From: Octopus vulgaris
Lineage: Eukaryota
Assembly (NCBI GenBank): GCA_951406725.2
Contig: OX597840.1
Location: forward strand, 16,244,001-16,308,000
Length of the DNA: 64,000 bases
Direction of reading: 5' to 3'
Shown: piece after piece, positions 51,089-64,000 of the stretch
Position numbering within the stretch: position 1 is the first letter of the stretch
Layout: each line of letters starts with the position of its first letter
The notes under the pieces: generated by a model
Seen by the model: only the letters and a program-made list of their open reading frames with translations
What the model was told of the DNA's origin: nothing
Databases searched by the model: none
Made by a program: the position numbers and the translations under genes

Positions 51089-53833
51089 GTAAGTTTAATT
51101 ATTTTTAAGCAAATAAAATATTCTTACTAAATGGTCATGTGATGTGTGTAGGTGAGGACAGCTGTATAAAGAAGTGCTGATCTCTAACTATGGAAGTAAC
51201 CTGTGGTAGAGGTAGACCCAGGAAGACATGGGACGAGGTGGTGAAGCATGATCTTTGAACTTTGAGCCTCACAGAAGTAATGACTGGTGACTGAGACCTT
51301 TGGTGATATGCTGTGCTTAAGAGGACCCATCAAGCCTAGTGCACCTGTGCTGGTAAACACATCCCAGCGTCATGCAAATGGCACGTAAAAGCACCCATTA
51401 CAGTAGTTGGCATCAGGAAGAGCATCCAGTCGTAGAAAACCATGCCAAATCAGACTGGAGTCTGGTGCAGCCTTCCAACATGCCAGCCCATGCCAGCCAG
51501 GACAACGGATGTTAAATGATAATGATGTACAGGTAAGGCTGTGTGGTTAGGAAGTGGATGAGTGGAAAGTAGCCCTTCCTACATATATGTGCTCCAGCAT
51601 GGCTGCAGTCAGATGACTAAAGCAAGTGAAAGAATATATATATATATACATAGGCGCAGGAGTGGCTGTGTGGTAAGTAGCTTGCTAACCAACCACATGG
51701 TTCCGGGTTCAGTCCCACTGCATGGCTTCTTGGGCCAGTGTCTTCTGCTATAGCCCCGGGCTGACCAATGCCTTGTGAGTGGATTTGGTAGACGGAAACT
51801 GAAAGAAGCCTGTCGTATATATGTATATATATATATGCGTGTGTGTGTTTGTGTGTCTGTGTTTGTCCCCCTAGCATTGCTTGACAACCGATGCTGGTGT
51901 GTTTACGTCCCTGTCACTTAGCGGTTTGGCAAAAGAGACCGATAGAATAAGTACTGGGCTTACAAAGAATAAGTCCCGGGGTCGATTTGCTCGACTAAAA
52001 GGTGGTGCTCCAGCATGGCCGCAGTCAAATGACTGAAACAAGTAAAAGAGTAAAAGAGAGTATTTATTCTTTTACATGTTTCAGTCATTTGACTGTGGCC
52101 ATGCTGGAGCACCGCCTTTCAATTGTAAAAATTGACTCAAGGATTTATTCTTTGAAAGCCTGGTACTTATTCTATAGGTCTCTTTTGCTGAACCACTAAG
52201 TTATGGGAACATAAACACACCCAACATTGGTTGTCAGGCAATGGAGGGGTGACAAACACAGACGCAAAGACATGCACGCACGCACACACACACACACACA
52301 CACACATATGATGGGCTTCTTTCAGTTTCTGTCTACCAAATCCACTCAGAAGGTTTTGGTTGGCCCAATGCTATAGTAGAAGGCACTTGCCCAAGGTAAC
52401 ATGCAGTGGGACTGAACTGAGATTGGGAAGCAAGCTTCTTTGCACACAGCACACTGTACCTATATATATATATATACACACACATACTGGTCAATCAAAT
52501 ATCAAATATTTATAGGTGCAGGTGTGATAAGAAGCTGGCTTCTCAACCACATGGTTCCAGGTTCAGTCCCACTGCATGACACCTTGAGTAAATATCTTCT
52601 ACTATAGCCTTGGACCGACCAAAGCCTTGTGAGTGGATTTGGTAGATGGAAACTGAAAGAAGCCCATCGTGTGTGTGTGTATATATATATATATGTGTGT
52701 ATGCATGACTGTCCTCTACGTTCTTCATCTTCAAGGCTTTCATCACCACTTCAGAATATCTGAAACCACCTTCATACTGTGCGATCACCTGTGGGCCCCT
52801 CTCCCCATGCTCTGTTGATATTGGCAGCAGTTTAGGAGGCATTGTGCTCATGTTTGAACTCATGCAAGAAAAGTAAGCGAAGGTCCTTTTTTTGTCATGT
52901 TCACAATTCAGGGACCCTGTGCTTCAAGAATGTTTTCTGTCAGACATAACTAGAAAATTATTAAAAAGCATACATCAATTACTATGTACATCGAAATTCA
53001 CCTAAAATGTAATTAAAATACTATGATAAAATTGTGTTTCAAAACACAACACTTAGAACGGCCTTTATTTTTGGAATAACCTAATATTATTAAGATGGTG
53101 AGTTGGCAAAATTGTTAGCATGCCAGGCAAAATGCTTAGCAGTATTTCGTCTGCTGCCTATATTTTGAGTTAAAATTCCACCAAGGTTGACTTTACCTTT
53201 CATACTTTTGGGGTTGATAAATTAAGTAAATTAAGTACCAGGGGTTGACGTAATCGACTTGTCCCCTCCCCCAAAATTTCAGGCCTCGTGCCTACAGTAG
53301 AAAGGATTGTTTTTATTATAAAGGTGGTGAGTCGGCAGAATCATTAGCACTCCAGGCAAAATGCTTAGTGGTATTTCGTCTGTCCTTATGTTCTGAGTTC
53401 AAATTCCGCCGAGGTCGACTTGGCCTTCCATCCTTTCAGGGTTGATGAAATAAGTACCAGTTACACACTGGGGTTGATATAATTGATATAGTTCCCTTCC
53501 CCAAAATTTCAGGCCTTGTGCCTATAGTGGAAAGGATTATTAGTATTCTTAGCATTTTTTATCACACACTAATTGGGGCTTTTGATTATAGTTTTTTTTT
53601 TTAGTGTCACATTCCTGATAAATAAATCCTCTCAATTACCATTTGTTCTTGAAAAGATGGAGATTTTCTTAATTGCATCTGAAGTTAATTGGGGAGTGGG
53701 GTGACCCCCCCCCCCTCCTAACTGTTATTTTGAAGACATTATAAATGATAAGTGATAATTGCCTCAACAACCATACAGCAATACTACAATAGAAAATGGT
53801 TATATGGCATTCCTTACTGAAGTAAACTACCAC

Positions 53834-53918
<85 letters not shown>

Positions 53919-53947
53919 CATCATTATTATTATTATTATTATTATTA
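53834..53947. repeat. (TTA)n microsatellite
   Basis: Direct reading. Confidence 0.97.
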
Positions 53948-55193
53948 GGGTGGTGAACTGGAGAATTGTTTTCATGCCAGAAAACTGCTTAGTGGCCTTT
54001 CTTTCCAGCTAATGTTCTGGGTTCAGGCTCTGCCAAGGTCAACTTTGCCTTTCATCCTTTTGGAGTCAATAGAATAAACACCGGTTGAGCACTGGCATTC
54101 ATGCAGTTGACTAGCTCCTCTAAGGAGCTCTAATTAGGGTTAGTTGACTAACCCTAACCCAAATTTCAAGCTTTGTGCCTGTAGTAGAAAGTATTATTAT
54201 TATTGTTGTTGTTATTACTCTTATTGTGAAGGCACATGGCTCAGTGGTTAGAGCGTCGAGCTTACGATCGTGAGGTTGTGAGTTCGAATCCTAGACCGGG
54301 CTGCGTGTCGTGTTCTTGAGCAAGACACTTTATTTCACGTCACTCCAGTTCACTCAGCTGTAGAAATGAGTTGCGATGTCACTGGTGCCAAGCTGTATTG
54401 GCTCCTTTGCCTTTCCCTTGGATAACACTGGTGGCGTGGAGAGGGGAGGTATACATGGGCGACTGATGCTGGTCTTCCATAAACAACCTTGTCCAGACTT
54501 GTGCCTGGGAGGATAACTTTCTAGGTGCAGTCCCATGGTCATTCATGACCAAAGGGGGTCTTAATTACTCTTATTATTATTATTATATTATAATTAAGGC
54601 AGCAAGCTGGCAGAATCGTTAGCATGCTGGATGAAATGTTTAGTAATATTTCTTCTGTCTTTACACTCTGAGTTCAAATTCCGCCGAGGTTGACTTTGCC
54701 TTTCATGCTCTCAGGGCCGATGAATTAAGTACCAGTGTAACACTGGTATCAATGTAATTGACTAGTCCTCTCTCTAAAAATTACAGGTCTTGTGCCTTCA
54801 ATAGAAAGGATTATTATTATTGCGGTTATTATTATGACCTCTGCCTTAGTGAAGGTGGGGTATTGTTTTCAGTTGAATTTGTTTGTTTGTTTGTCTGTTG
54901 ACAAGATATCTCAAGAACCGCTGGATGGATTCGGATGAGACTTTCAAGGATGTTTGGCCTTGTTACTGGCACAAACTGATTAGATTTTGGGACTGATCTG
55001 ATTCTGGATTATTTTTCCATTTTTTTTTTACTTAGTTTTTGAGAGTGGTCAGGTTCATTTTTAGTATTCTTGTTTGTGAGAGCAGTCGAGTTTATTTCAG
55101 ATATTCTCATTTTAAAAATGATCTCTGGCTAATCATTGAGAGGACGTTGGTGTTGCCTTGTCAGAGGTTTGCACTCTCTGAGTGCACTTGTTG

Positions 55194-55243
<50 letters not shown>

Positions 55244-55624
55244 TAGTCTTATTTTTATCATGTGCTTTCACTGCACTACCGAGTGCAGCTCTGTGTGCCT
55301 TGGGTATGTGCTGTGGTTTTTTACAGTATTGAAAGTGTTTTATGTAGGATGTGTGGTGCCTGGTAGTGCTATTTTTTGTATGTTATATTATTATTATTAT
55401 TATTGATAATTAAGGCGTGAGCTGGCAGAATTGTTAGCATACCAGGCAAAATGCTTAGCGGCATTTCGTCCATCTTTACCTTCTGTATTCAAATTCCGCT
55501 AAGGTCGACATTACCTTTCATCCTTTTGGGGTCAATAAATTAAGTACCAGCTGAGTATTAGGGTGGATGTAATTGACTAGTCCCCTCCTCACAAATTTCA
55601 GGCCTTGCACTTATAGTAGAAAGG

Positions 55625-55756
55625 CTTCTTCTTCTTCTTCTTCTTCTTCTTCTTCTTCTTCTTCTTCTTCTTCTTCTTCTTCTTCTTCTTCTTCTTCTCC
55701 TCCTTCTTCTTCTTCTTCTTCTTCTTCTTCTTCTTCTTCTTCTTCTTCTTCTTCTC
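55625..55756. repeat. (TTC)n microsatellite
   Basis: Direct reading. Confidence 0.97.
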
Positions 55757-55768
55757 CGTCGTCGTAGT

Positions 55769-56350
55769 AAAGAATAAAATGTTTTGAATGACACAACAAA
55801 GCACTATAATACAAACATTAGACTATAAGAACTGTTGTAATTTAATCATCGATAGTCTGATATGATATTTCGGAATAAAATTCCTTCTTCAGATATCCCT
55901 AGGAATTGATGGGGTTGCAGTATGGTTGTGGAGGCAATCATCACTTGTCATTTGTAATGTCTTCAAAATAACAGTTAAGAGGGGGGGGGGGATTTTTCAA
56001 CCCCAATTAACTTCAGATGCAATTAAGGAAATCTCCATCTTTTCAAAAAAAAATTAAAATGGTAATTAAGAGGATTTATTTATCAGGAAAGTGACACTAA
56101 AAAAAAAACGTTAATCAAAAGCCCCGATTAGCGTATGATAAAAAATGCTAAGAATAGCAGCGACCCCATCAATTCCTAGGGATATCTGAAGAAGGAATTT
56201 TATTCCAAAATATCATATCAGACTATTGATGATTAAATTACAACGGTTCTTATAGTCCAATGTTTGTATTATAGTGCTTTGTTGTGTCATTCAAAACATT
56301 TTATTCTTTGCAAACAATACAGAATGCTTCAAGCGAACTACAATACTCTC
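55769..56350. mobile_element. Palindromic pseudo-LTR-like element with hammerhead motif
   Basis: Arms 55769-55919 and 56160-56309, with a tail to about 56350. The spacer has an inverted copy at about 53545-53760. Confidence 0.78.
55859..55897 (-). ncRNA. Minimal type-I hammerhead ribozyme-like motif
   Basis: gatat CUGAAGA a GGAAU-uuu-AUUCC GAAA UA UC atatc, with an AUC cleavage triplet. Confidence 0.75.
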
Positions 56351-57245
56351 CTATTATTATTCTCTTTTACTTGTTTCAGTCATGTGACTGTGGCCATGCT
56401 GGAGTACCACCTTTAGTCGAGCAAATTGACCCCAGAACTTATTCTTTATAATCCTAGTACTTATTCTATCAGTCTCTTTTGCTGAACTGCTAAGTTACGG
56501 GGGACATAAACAAACACACCAGCAGTGGTTGTCAAGCAATATTAGGGGGGGGGACAAGCACAGACACACACACATATACACACACATACATATACACACA
56601 TATATATATATATACATAATACGACGGGCTTCTTTCAGTTTCCATCTACCAAATCCACTCACAAGGCTTTGGTCGGCCCGAGGCTGTAGTAGAAGAGACT
56701 TGTCCAAGGTGCCATGCAGTGGGACTGAACCTGGAACCATGTGGTTCGTAAGCAAGCTACTTACCACACAGCAACTCCTACACTTATTATTATTATTATT
56801 TTTTATTATTATTATTATTTTGCCTTGTGCAAAAATTTGAAATCATTATAATAATAATAATAATAATAATAATTATTATTATTATTATTATTATTTAGGG
56901 TGTGGTGTATTGGCAGAATCCTAAGCACACAATCCAGAATATTTTTCCTGGCATTTAGCAATGTCTCTTAATCTTCTGCAAGATATTAATTAACTATAAA
57001 CTAAACTAAAAGGTCCTTGTATTTGTAGCAGAAATTGTTTCAAGCAGCAAATTGTCAGAATGGTTAAAGCATCAGATAAAATGCCTTACAGTATTTGTTC
57101 AAGCTCATGGTGACACAGGTGTGGCTGTGTGGTTAAATAGTTTGCTTTGTATTCACGTGGTTGTCGGTTCAGTCCCACAGCAAGGCTCCATGAGTGGTCT
57201 GGTTTGATTAGATCTTTGTATGTGGTTTGTAGCCTGATCCATTAA

Positions 57246-58307
57246 CCCTTTTGTTACCAAACCGCCTGAAAAAAGTTTTGGTTAATGTAACCAAGCTGCC
57301 CGAATTTACCTATTCATATTTAAATGAGAATATCAGAGTAAATCTCTTTAGTACATTCGTGAAAACACGTATTATACTTCGTAAACAGTTCAACTATAGT
57401 TTTGTACAAAAATCGAAGTGTAATTTTAATTCCGTGAATTATGGGAGATTTTTTTCTGAAATTTGTTCCTATTGTGTTTTCAAAATTTGTAATTCTGACA
57501 AAAAATGGATACAAATTTCATTATATCAAGCAGCGAGTCAGAATTCGAAGGATTTTCTACTGAAGACCTTCATAAATCTAACTCTATGACTGAAAAAAAA
57601 AAGCATGTGGTATTTGATAATGAATCTGATGTTTCATTTTCCGAAAGTGAAAACAGTGAATCCGAGAGCTCCGACAGCGATAAAGAAAATGAATTGGCAC
57701 CTGAATGGAGTGAAAATTTAAAAACTGTTTCTTTCGGTGATTTTTTTGAAGAAACTGGTCCAAGCCACAGACTTTCCCAGAAGACTATTAGACTATTTCT
57801 TTTTACTTTTTCGAATGAGCCCATTTGAAATCATTACGGCGGAAACGAACTGTTACGCTAAACATAAACAAAGCGAAAGAAAGGATAGTTTGTTATTTCC
57901 CACAACCTTAAATGAAATTAAGGCCTATTTTGCCATAAATATTATTATGGGTATCAGAAAGTTACCCAGAATAACAAATTCTATCGTAAAATTTTGTTGT
58001 ATACCCAATTGAATATTAGCTAATAACCCATTTTCTATAGTGATGTTTGAACAAAATTTTAATAATTTTATATATTGTTGAATTTACCTGTATCTACCTG
58101 CAATTAGAGTCACTTTGTGACAAAAATTATAGTATAGAATTGGTTGAGAACATTTCATTAAATTATCTTCCAAAATTCATGTTAATATATTGATAAATAA
58201 AAAAGTTATAGTTGTTTAATGAAACCAGACTAAATTTATGATTACGTTAGAAATTAATTGAAACACATAAGGGGTGTATTTTGGTCAGAAATATAGTAAC
58301 GAAAGGG
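57246..58307 (+). mobile_element. Internally deleted piggyBac element
   Basis: TTAA|CCCTTTTGTTAC ... GTAACGAAAGGG|TTAA. Acidic N-terminus (SESEFEGF) and DYFFLLF...ETNCYA...EIKAYFAINIIMGIRKLP transposase remnant. Confidence 0.88.
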
Positions 58308-58424
58308 TTAAAGGAGCATTTTTATGAGTATCACTGCATTAGTTAAATCAATATATTGTGCATTAAATACATAAATACATACATAGGTACTTACATATAC
58401 ATATAACTATATAAATCTTTAAAA

Positions 58425-59280
58425 ATGTTTCAGCCCGAAAGCTGCGGCCATGCTGGGGCACCACCGTTTATTGTGCTACACTAGTATATGAAACCCCCTC
58501 TGATACGTGGCACTTGGTCAACAAGGGAGTTTGACGCCGCTGCCCGCATCTGTGTTTCCTACTGAGAGGTAGGTTCATCTGGAACCCCTGACAAGAAGAG
58601 ATCGAGTTTAGTTTTAAAGAAACCCACATCCACACCATGCAGGTCTCTCAGGCATTTAGGAAGGATATTGAAGAGCTGTGGTCCTCTGAAACCCAAGCTG
58701 TTGCAGTATCTGGTCCTGTATTTTGATGGTGATGTTGGGATCTTTGGCACCATGCAATGGTGCCCCGTTCTGCTGTTGGGGTAACTTTCAGTGCCAAAAT
58801 TTCTAGATGTATATCACTGCATATCTCTCCCACATTCGCTCCAGCGAGAAGAGTTTTAATACTTTCAGTCTTTCCCAGTAGCTGATATGTTACATTGGGA
58901 TGATCTTCTTAGTGTAGCTTTGTTGGATTGCTTCGAGTTCTGCTGCTAACTTTATATTGTGTGGTAACCATTGTTGGGAGCAGTAGTCCAAATGGCTGAG
59001 GACGAATGTCTTCCAAAGGATCATCAGTGTCTCCTTCTCTCTTGTTCCGAAAGTTCAGAGGATCCATCCAGCTAGCCGTCTGCATTTTATTACCAATTTG
59101 GCAATATGCACTTGGAAAGATGCATCATTGCTCATGTCAATGCCCAGGTCATGCACTGATTTTGACTCAGGAAGTGCAATTCTTCCTGGGCCAGTGTATC
59201 TGGTCTGCATGTCGTTCAGCTTTGTGGGCTGGTAGCGCAGGGCTTGGAACTTCCCTGCATTAAACTGCATGTTGTTGTCC
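58425..59280 (-). pseudogene. CR1/L2-clade LINE 3' fragment
   Basis: NMQFNAGKFQ, DLGI, LDYCSQ, SYWERLKVLKLFSLER and GPQLFNILP...FKTKLDLFLSGVPDEP, plus the 3' UTR tail. Confidence 0.85.
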
Positions 59281-61255
59281 TCACCCCACCTGTATATATA
59301 TATATAATATTGTCTAATGATGTGCTGTAATAGGTATGTACTGTAAGTGGTAGGGTTGGTTTACCACTAAAACCCTGGCTTGAACTGCAGCTGAAACAAA
59401 GGTGCTGTTGAAGTTGCCTATCAAAGATGGCTATAAGTGGTTCATCATTGAGCAGGTAGATGTATATTAGAAAGAGAGAAGAAACCAACAAAACATGTGG
59501 TAAGACTTTAGAACATTTAATTTAAAATTCAAACATAATTGCAGAGTAGTTATAGTAAATAAGGGATTAAGAAATAATGCATAAAGTCTCTTACAGCTGT
59601 TTCTAGAATAGCTGAACACGTGGAGCATATGTCATGGAGCAAAGATCTCTATGTAAGCCAACTATTCCTTCTTTGGAGAGAAAGAATTAACCTTTTAGTT
59701 ACCATTTTTCTTTTGAGATGCTCAATATTTCTTTCAATTAATTTAAAATATAACAAAGAATTTAGTAAAATAACTTAGTTATCATTAAGCTTGTGTTAGG
59801 AACATAAATTGTGACTAAGGTTTGGTGGAAGATTTTAACTCAGAAATTATGGAAACAGGACATTTATTCTACAAAGCCAGAGGCTGTTTCAGCTGGGTTG
59901 GTATCAAAAGGGTTAAGAATTGTTTCTCTATTATATATTTTAACCCTTTTGTTACCATATTTCTGTTGAGATACTCTGTGTTTCTTTCAATTAATTTTAA
60001 TTATAACAAAGAATTTAGTAAAATAATTTAGTTATCATTAACCTAGTGTTAGGAACATAAATTGTGACATGTTTCTGGCTCTGTAGTGCAAATGTCTTGT
60101 TTTTAAAGGTTCTGAATTGAAATCTTCCATCAAACCTTAGTCACAATTCTAGCTGGTTGGGGTGCTTGCCTCTCCTTTGCAAATATAAGGACACAGAAAA
60201 TGTGTCAAAGCCGACAGGAAGCGTCAATGTTTCCTAGGGCTAAATAGCAGTGGTGTGGTTCCCTTTATGGGACTGTCATGTTGTGTTGACAGTATACAAC
60301 CACTATATCGCCCTACCACCTCTCATGTCTCTCTGAGACATTTAGAAATTCAATATTTCTAACATATATATATGTATACACACACACACACACACACACA
60401 CATATGTCTATATATATATATATGTACATACACACACATATGTATGCTTTTATTCTTTTACTTGTTTCAGTTATTTGACTGCGGCCATGCTGGAGCACCA
60501 CCTTTAGTTAAATAAATCGATCCCAGGACTTAGTCTTTGTAAGCATAGTACTTATTCTACCAGTCTCTTTTGCTGGACTGCTAAGTTATGGAGACATAAA
60601 CACACCAACATCAGTTGTCAAGCGATGGTGAGGGACAAGCACAGACACAAATAACAAATATATATATATATATATATCTACACACGATGGGCTTCTATCA
60701 GTTTCTGTCTACCAAATCCATTCACAAGGCTTTGTTTGTCCTGAGATTATAGTAGAAGACACTTGCCCAAGGTGCAATGCAGTGAGACTGAACCCAGAAC
60801 CATCTGGTTGGTAAGCAAGCTTCTTACCAGACTCCATGTTTGCATGGGTCAGACAGCATTTATGAAAGCAGATTTTCTATGGCGTTGGATTTCCTTCCTG
60901 TCACCAGCCCTCATCTCTTTAGAAAGCAAGGTAATATTTCACCATGGTCAAGCATGCTTCCACAGATTGTTGGAAATGAGTGACACTTAATGACAACAAT
61001 CACATGTTGTCAAAACAAGGAGACACAAACATACACCCACTAACTCATACATACGTGTATTCTTTTATTCTTTTACTTGTTTCAGTCATTTGACTGTGGC
61101 TATGCTGGAGCACTTCCTTTTGAAGAAATTGACCCCTGGACATATTCTTTGTTAGTCTGGTACTTATTCCATCATCTCTTCAGCCGAACCGCTAAGTTAC
61201 AGGGACTTATACACACCAACATTGGTTGTCAAGTGATGGTGGGGTGGGCAGACAC

Positions 61256-61324
<69 letters not shown>

Positions 61325-61444
61325 TATATATATGTGTGTGTGTGTATTTTTTCAATGTGTACAGATAGCATTAAAAATAAAAAATTAATAGTTACCGGGG
61401 TAGCAAGCATTCACATAAATGCCAAGGATGTTTCAGCCTACTTA

Positions 61445-61822
61445 TAAAGGTAGAAGTTCCAGGGTTTAGTGAAATGTTTTTGTGTAACATAAATTAAGAA
61501 ATGGAGTTAAATGCAGGTGTTTTTCAAATATTTATACTTTCGATATACGTTTCAAAGAAAACATTGGCATTATTCCTGAGGGAATAAAATGATGTAAAAC
61601 AATGTAATCATCTTGTCAGGTAAAAAAGAGAAACAAAACACATCAATAAGCCATTTTAGCCAAATGGCTTATTGATGTGTTTTGTTTCTCTTTTTTACCT
61701 GACAAGATGATTACATTGTTTTACATCATTTTATTCCCTCAGGAATAATGCCAATGTTTTCTTCGAAACATATATCGGAAGTATAAATATTTGAAAAACA
61801 CCTGCATTTAACTCCATTTCTT
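61445..61822. mobile_element. Palindromic element (arms 61496-61650 and 61657-61822) with decayed hammerhead-like motif
   Basis: Near-perfect inverted repeat. CUGACAAGA...UCUUCGAAAC at 61699-61769. Confidence 0.7.
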
Positions 61823-61853
<31 letters not shown>

Positions 61854-62431
61854 GACTTCTTTCAGTTTCTTTCTACCTAATCAACTCACAAGGCTTTGGT
61901 CAGCTCAAGGCTATAGTAGAAGACACTTGCTGAAGGTGTCACATAGCAGGACTGAACCCGGAACCATGTGATTGGGAAGCAAGCTTCTTACCACACAGTC
62001 ACGCCTATACAAGCAGAAGATAAAGAGTTTAGGTCAAGGTAACCCAATTTAATAGTTTGGGTTACCTAATAAGCTATATACAAACACACACACACACATA
62101 TACAAGAAGATTTTTGGCTCTCAGTTTCCATCCACCAGATCTTCTTACAAGGCTTTGATCAGTTTGAGGCTATAGTAGAAGAGACTTTCTCAAGGTGCCA
62201 CACTGCAGGATTGAACCCAGAACCATGTGGTTGGGAAGGAAACTCCTTACTATACAGCCATGTCTGCACCTGTGCCTATGTTCTACAAATTGAAGCTCTC
62301 CTCTTTATCTACTTCACTGTAGCCTTCTTCTTCCAGGTAAAAAAAAATCTGTTTAGAATTACCAAATTGTCACTATCATGTTCATTCACACATTCTTTGT
62401 GCCTTACTTTGTGTTTTTGGTTGTTGTCAAG

Positions 62432-62629
62432 GTAACAGCAGATGGCAGTATTGATTGTCAGAACAACCCATCGATGCAAGAATCTATTGTCTCTCAGTTA
62501 CATTACTGTGAGACATTTGCTGCATTGAAACTGCTTGGTAAAGGTGGCTCATTCGTCATCAAATTCTTCACCATGTTTGAAAACAACACAATCGGATTGA
62601 TGTACCTCTTAGTCAAGTTCTTTGATCAA
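62432..62629 (+). CDS. CMTR2: CMTR2 coding exon 3 (gene continues beyond the window)
   Basis: Acceptor ttgtcaag|[23 protein letters not shown]...[13 protein letters not shown] carries the D and second K of the K-D-K-E tetrad. Donor CAA|gttagt. Confidence 0.92.
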
Positions 62630-63185
62630 GTTAGTACTGCTTTTGTTTTTGTTATTTTTTTTTATTTTGTTTATTGTTATTGTTTTTGTTTAGTTTTTTA
62701 CCCCTCAGGTCCACCCTGACCCTGTGGACCTACAATCAAAGGTAATCATTCCATATTTTATTCCACCCTGTCCCAGAAGACCTACAATCATTCCCTCTTT
62801 TGTCAGAAACTATTTTGTTCAGTGTTCCCTAAATTTTGAAACATCAATGTGTGATTTCAATGAGATTTTGCCTGCTATATCTAGCATTCTATGTGGAGGC
62901 ACCTTGATTTGATGTTGCAGTGTTTAGCTCCAGGTCAGTTTTGATTCAGAAGTTCTACAACACTATATAACACTATTTTTGTCCTTGGGTAGCAAATATG
63001 CTTACCCTTAGAAAGCATGAAAAATGGCTAATATTTCCTTCAAATTTTGCTTTTGTTATGATATTTATTCAAACCCCAAAGAATCCCTCTCAACACATGA
63101 CTATGATGTTCCTCCACAACTCCTGCTCATCATAAAAGATGCACACATTGTCAGCCGCTAAAAGACATGCTCACGTGGTTAAGAT

Positions 63186-63620
63186 CAAGCAAATCTGTGG
63201 TATTGAGCAGAATATTTGCTATAACGATATTTCTGCTTCAGCAACTTGGCACTGAATCTGTGTGAAATGTAATGGAAAATAGGTCAGCTTCCAAACATCA
63301 TCATGTCCAGGTCAGAAAAGGCAAAGTTTAAAGGAACCAGTAGTCATTTCTTTTAATTTCTAGATAGAAGCAAATAGGACATAACTCTTACTGACCAAAG
63401 ACAACAAGCAAATCTGTGGTATTGAGCAGAATGTTTGCTATAATGATATTTCTGCTTCAGTAACTCAGCACTGAATCTGTGTGAAATGTAATGGAAAAAA
63501 TAGGTAAGTTTGAAAATGTTGATATCCAGGTCAGAAAAGCAAAGGGACCAGTAGTAATTTCCTTTGATTTCTATATAGAAGCAAATTGGAAATAACACTG
63601 ACCAAAAACAAGTAAATCTG
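63186..63620. repeat. About 219-bp tandem duplication
   Basis: caagcaaatctgtggtattgagcagaat recurs at 63186 and 63405, with a partial third start at about 63608. Confidence 0.85.
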
Positions 63621-64000
63621 AAATTAAAAAAAAATTGAAAATTTTGCTACACAGTGTAATCAAAGGGTTCCAACCATGACTATCCCATCTTTTATTTATA
63701 CATGGTAAATGTAGAACTAAATTTTCCAATGTGTTGTACTTTGTTATAGTTCTTTAACCCTGGGACAGTATTAATCTAGAAAATTGTTGAAAGGCAATCT
63801 AGCCTTGACCATCCCATCTTTTATTCAGTTTGTCCAGAACTGCACTATCCTATGTCTGTGATGCTGTGGTTTAAATCTGTGAGTCAGGTTTGTTCCTGCA
63901 GAGCCAGGATCTACGTGGTATATCTGTAGCTGTATGTAGGACAGTTATAGGACAATAAGAGACGATCAAGACTCTGAGCAATACAGTGGGGTGGGAGGTT

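Noticed and set aside
54228-54300. tRNA-like sequences here and at 11300-11372, 16171-16243 and 17070-17140
   Set aside because: They have A and B boxes but no proper acceptor stem or poly-T terminator, and continue into repeat bodies, so they are SINE heads rather than tRNA genes.

Overview
Eukaryotic, AT-rich and repeat-dense DNA, almost certainly from an octopod cephalopod (octopus-type hemocyanin, octopus-type SINEs, long TA/TAA microsatellites). It holds three host genes. (1) The 3' part of a molluscan hemocyanin gene (+; functional units c (partial), d, e, f, g and a 5-nt terminal coding exon; 2-8510). (2) PAF1 (-; two coding exons, 567 aa, 14766-20560, plus a probable untranslated first exon near 25.5 kb). 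(3) The first three coding exons of CMTR2/FTSJD1 (+; 38063-62629, continuing beyond the window). The rest is mobile DNA: tRNA-derived SINEs, Helitrons and HINE-like elements, Tc1/mariner, piggyBac and its MITEs, an 8-bp-TSD foldback element carrying TTAGGG-like repeats, Gypsy/RTE/CR1/Dong fragments and two Penelope-like elements. The most notable signal is a set of unrelated short elements, mostly palindromic, that carry minimal hammerhead-ribozyme motifs and share the inverted pseudo-LTR plus tail layout of Penelope elements; one family fuses a tRNA-like Pol III promoter head to the hammerhead tail. The hemocyanin gene also has a GC-AG linker intron and an apparently destroyed splice donor in FU-f. 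All folding, homology and coordinates were derived by eye; no searches were run.
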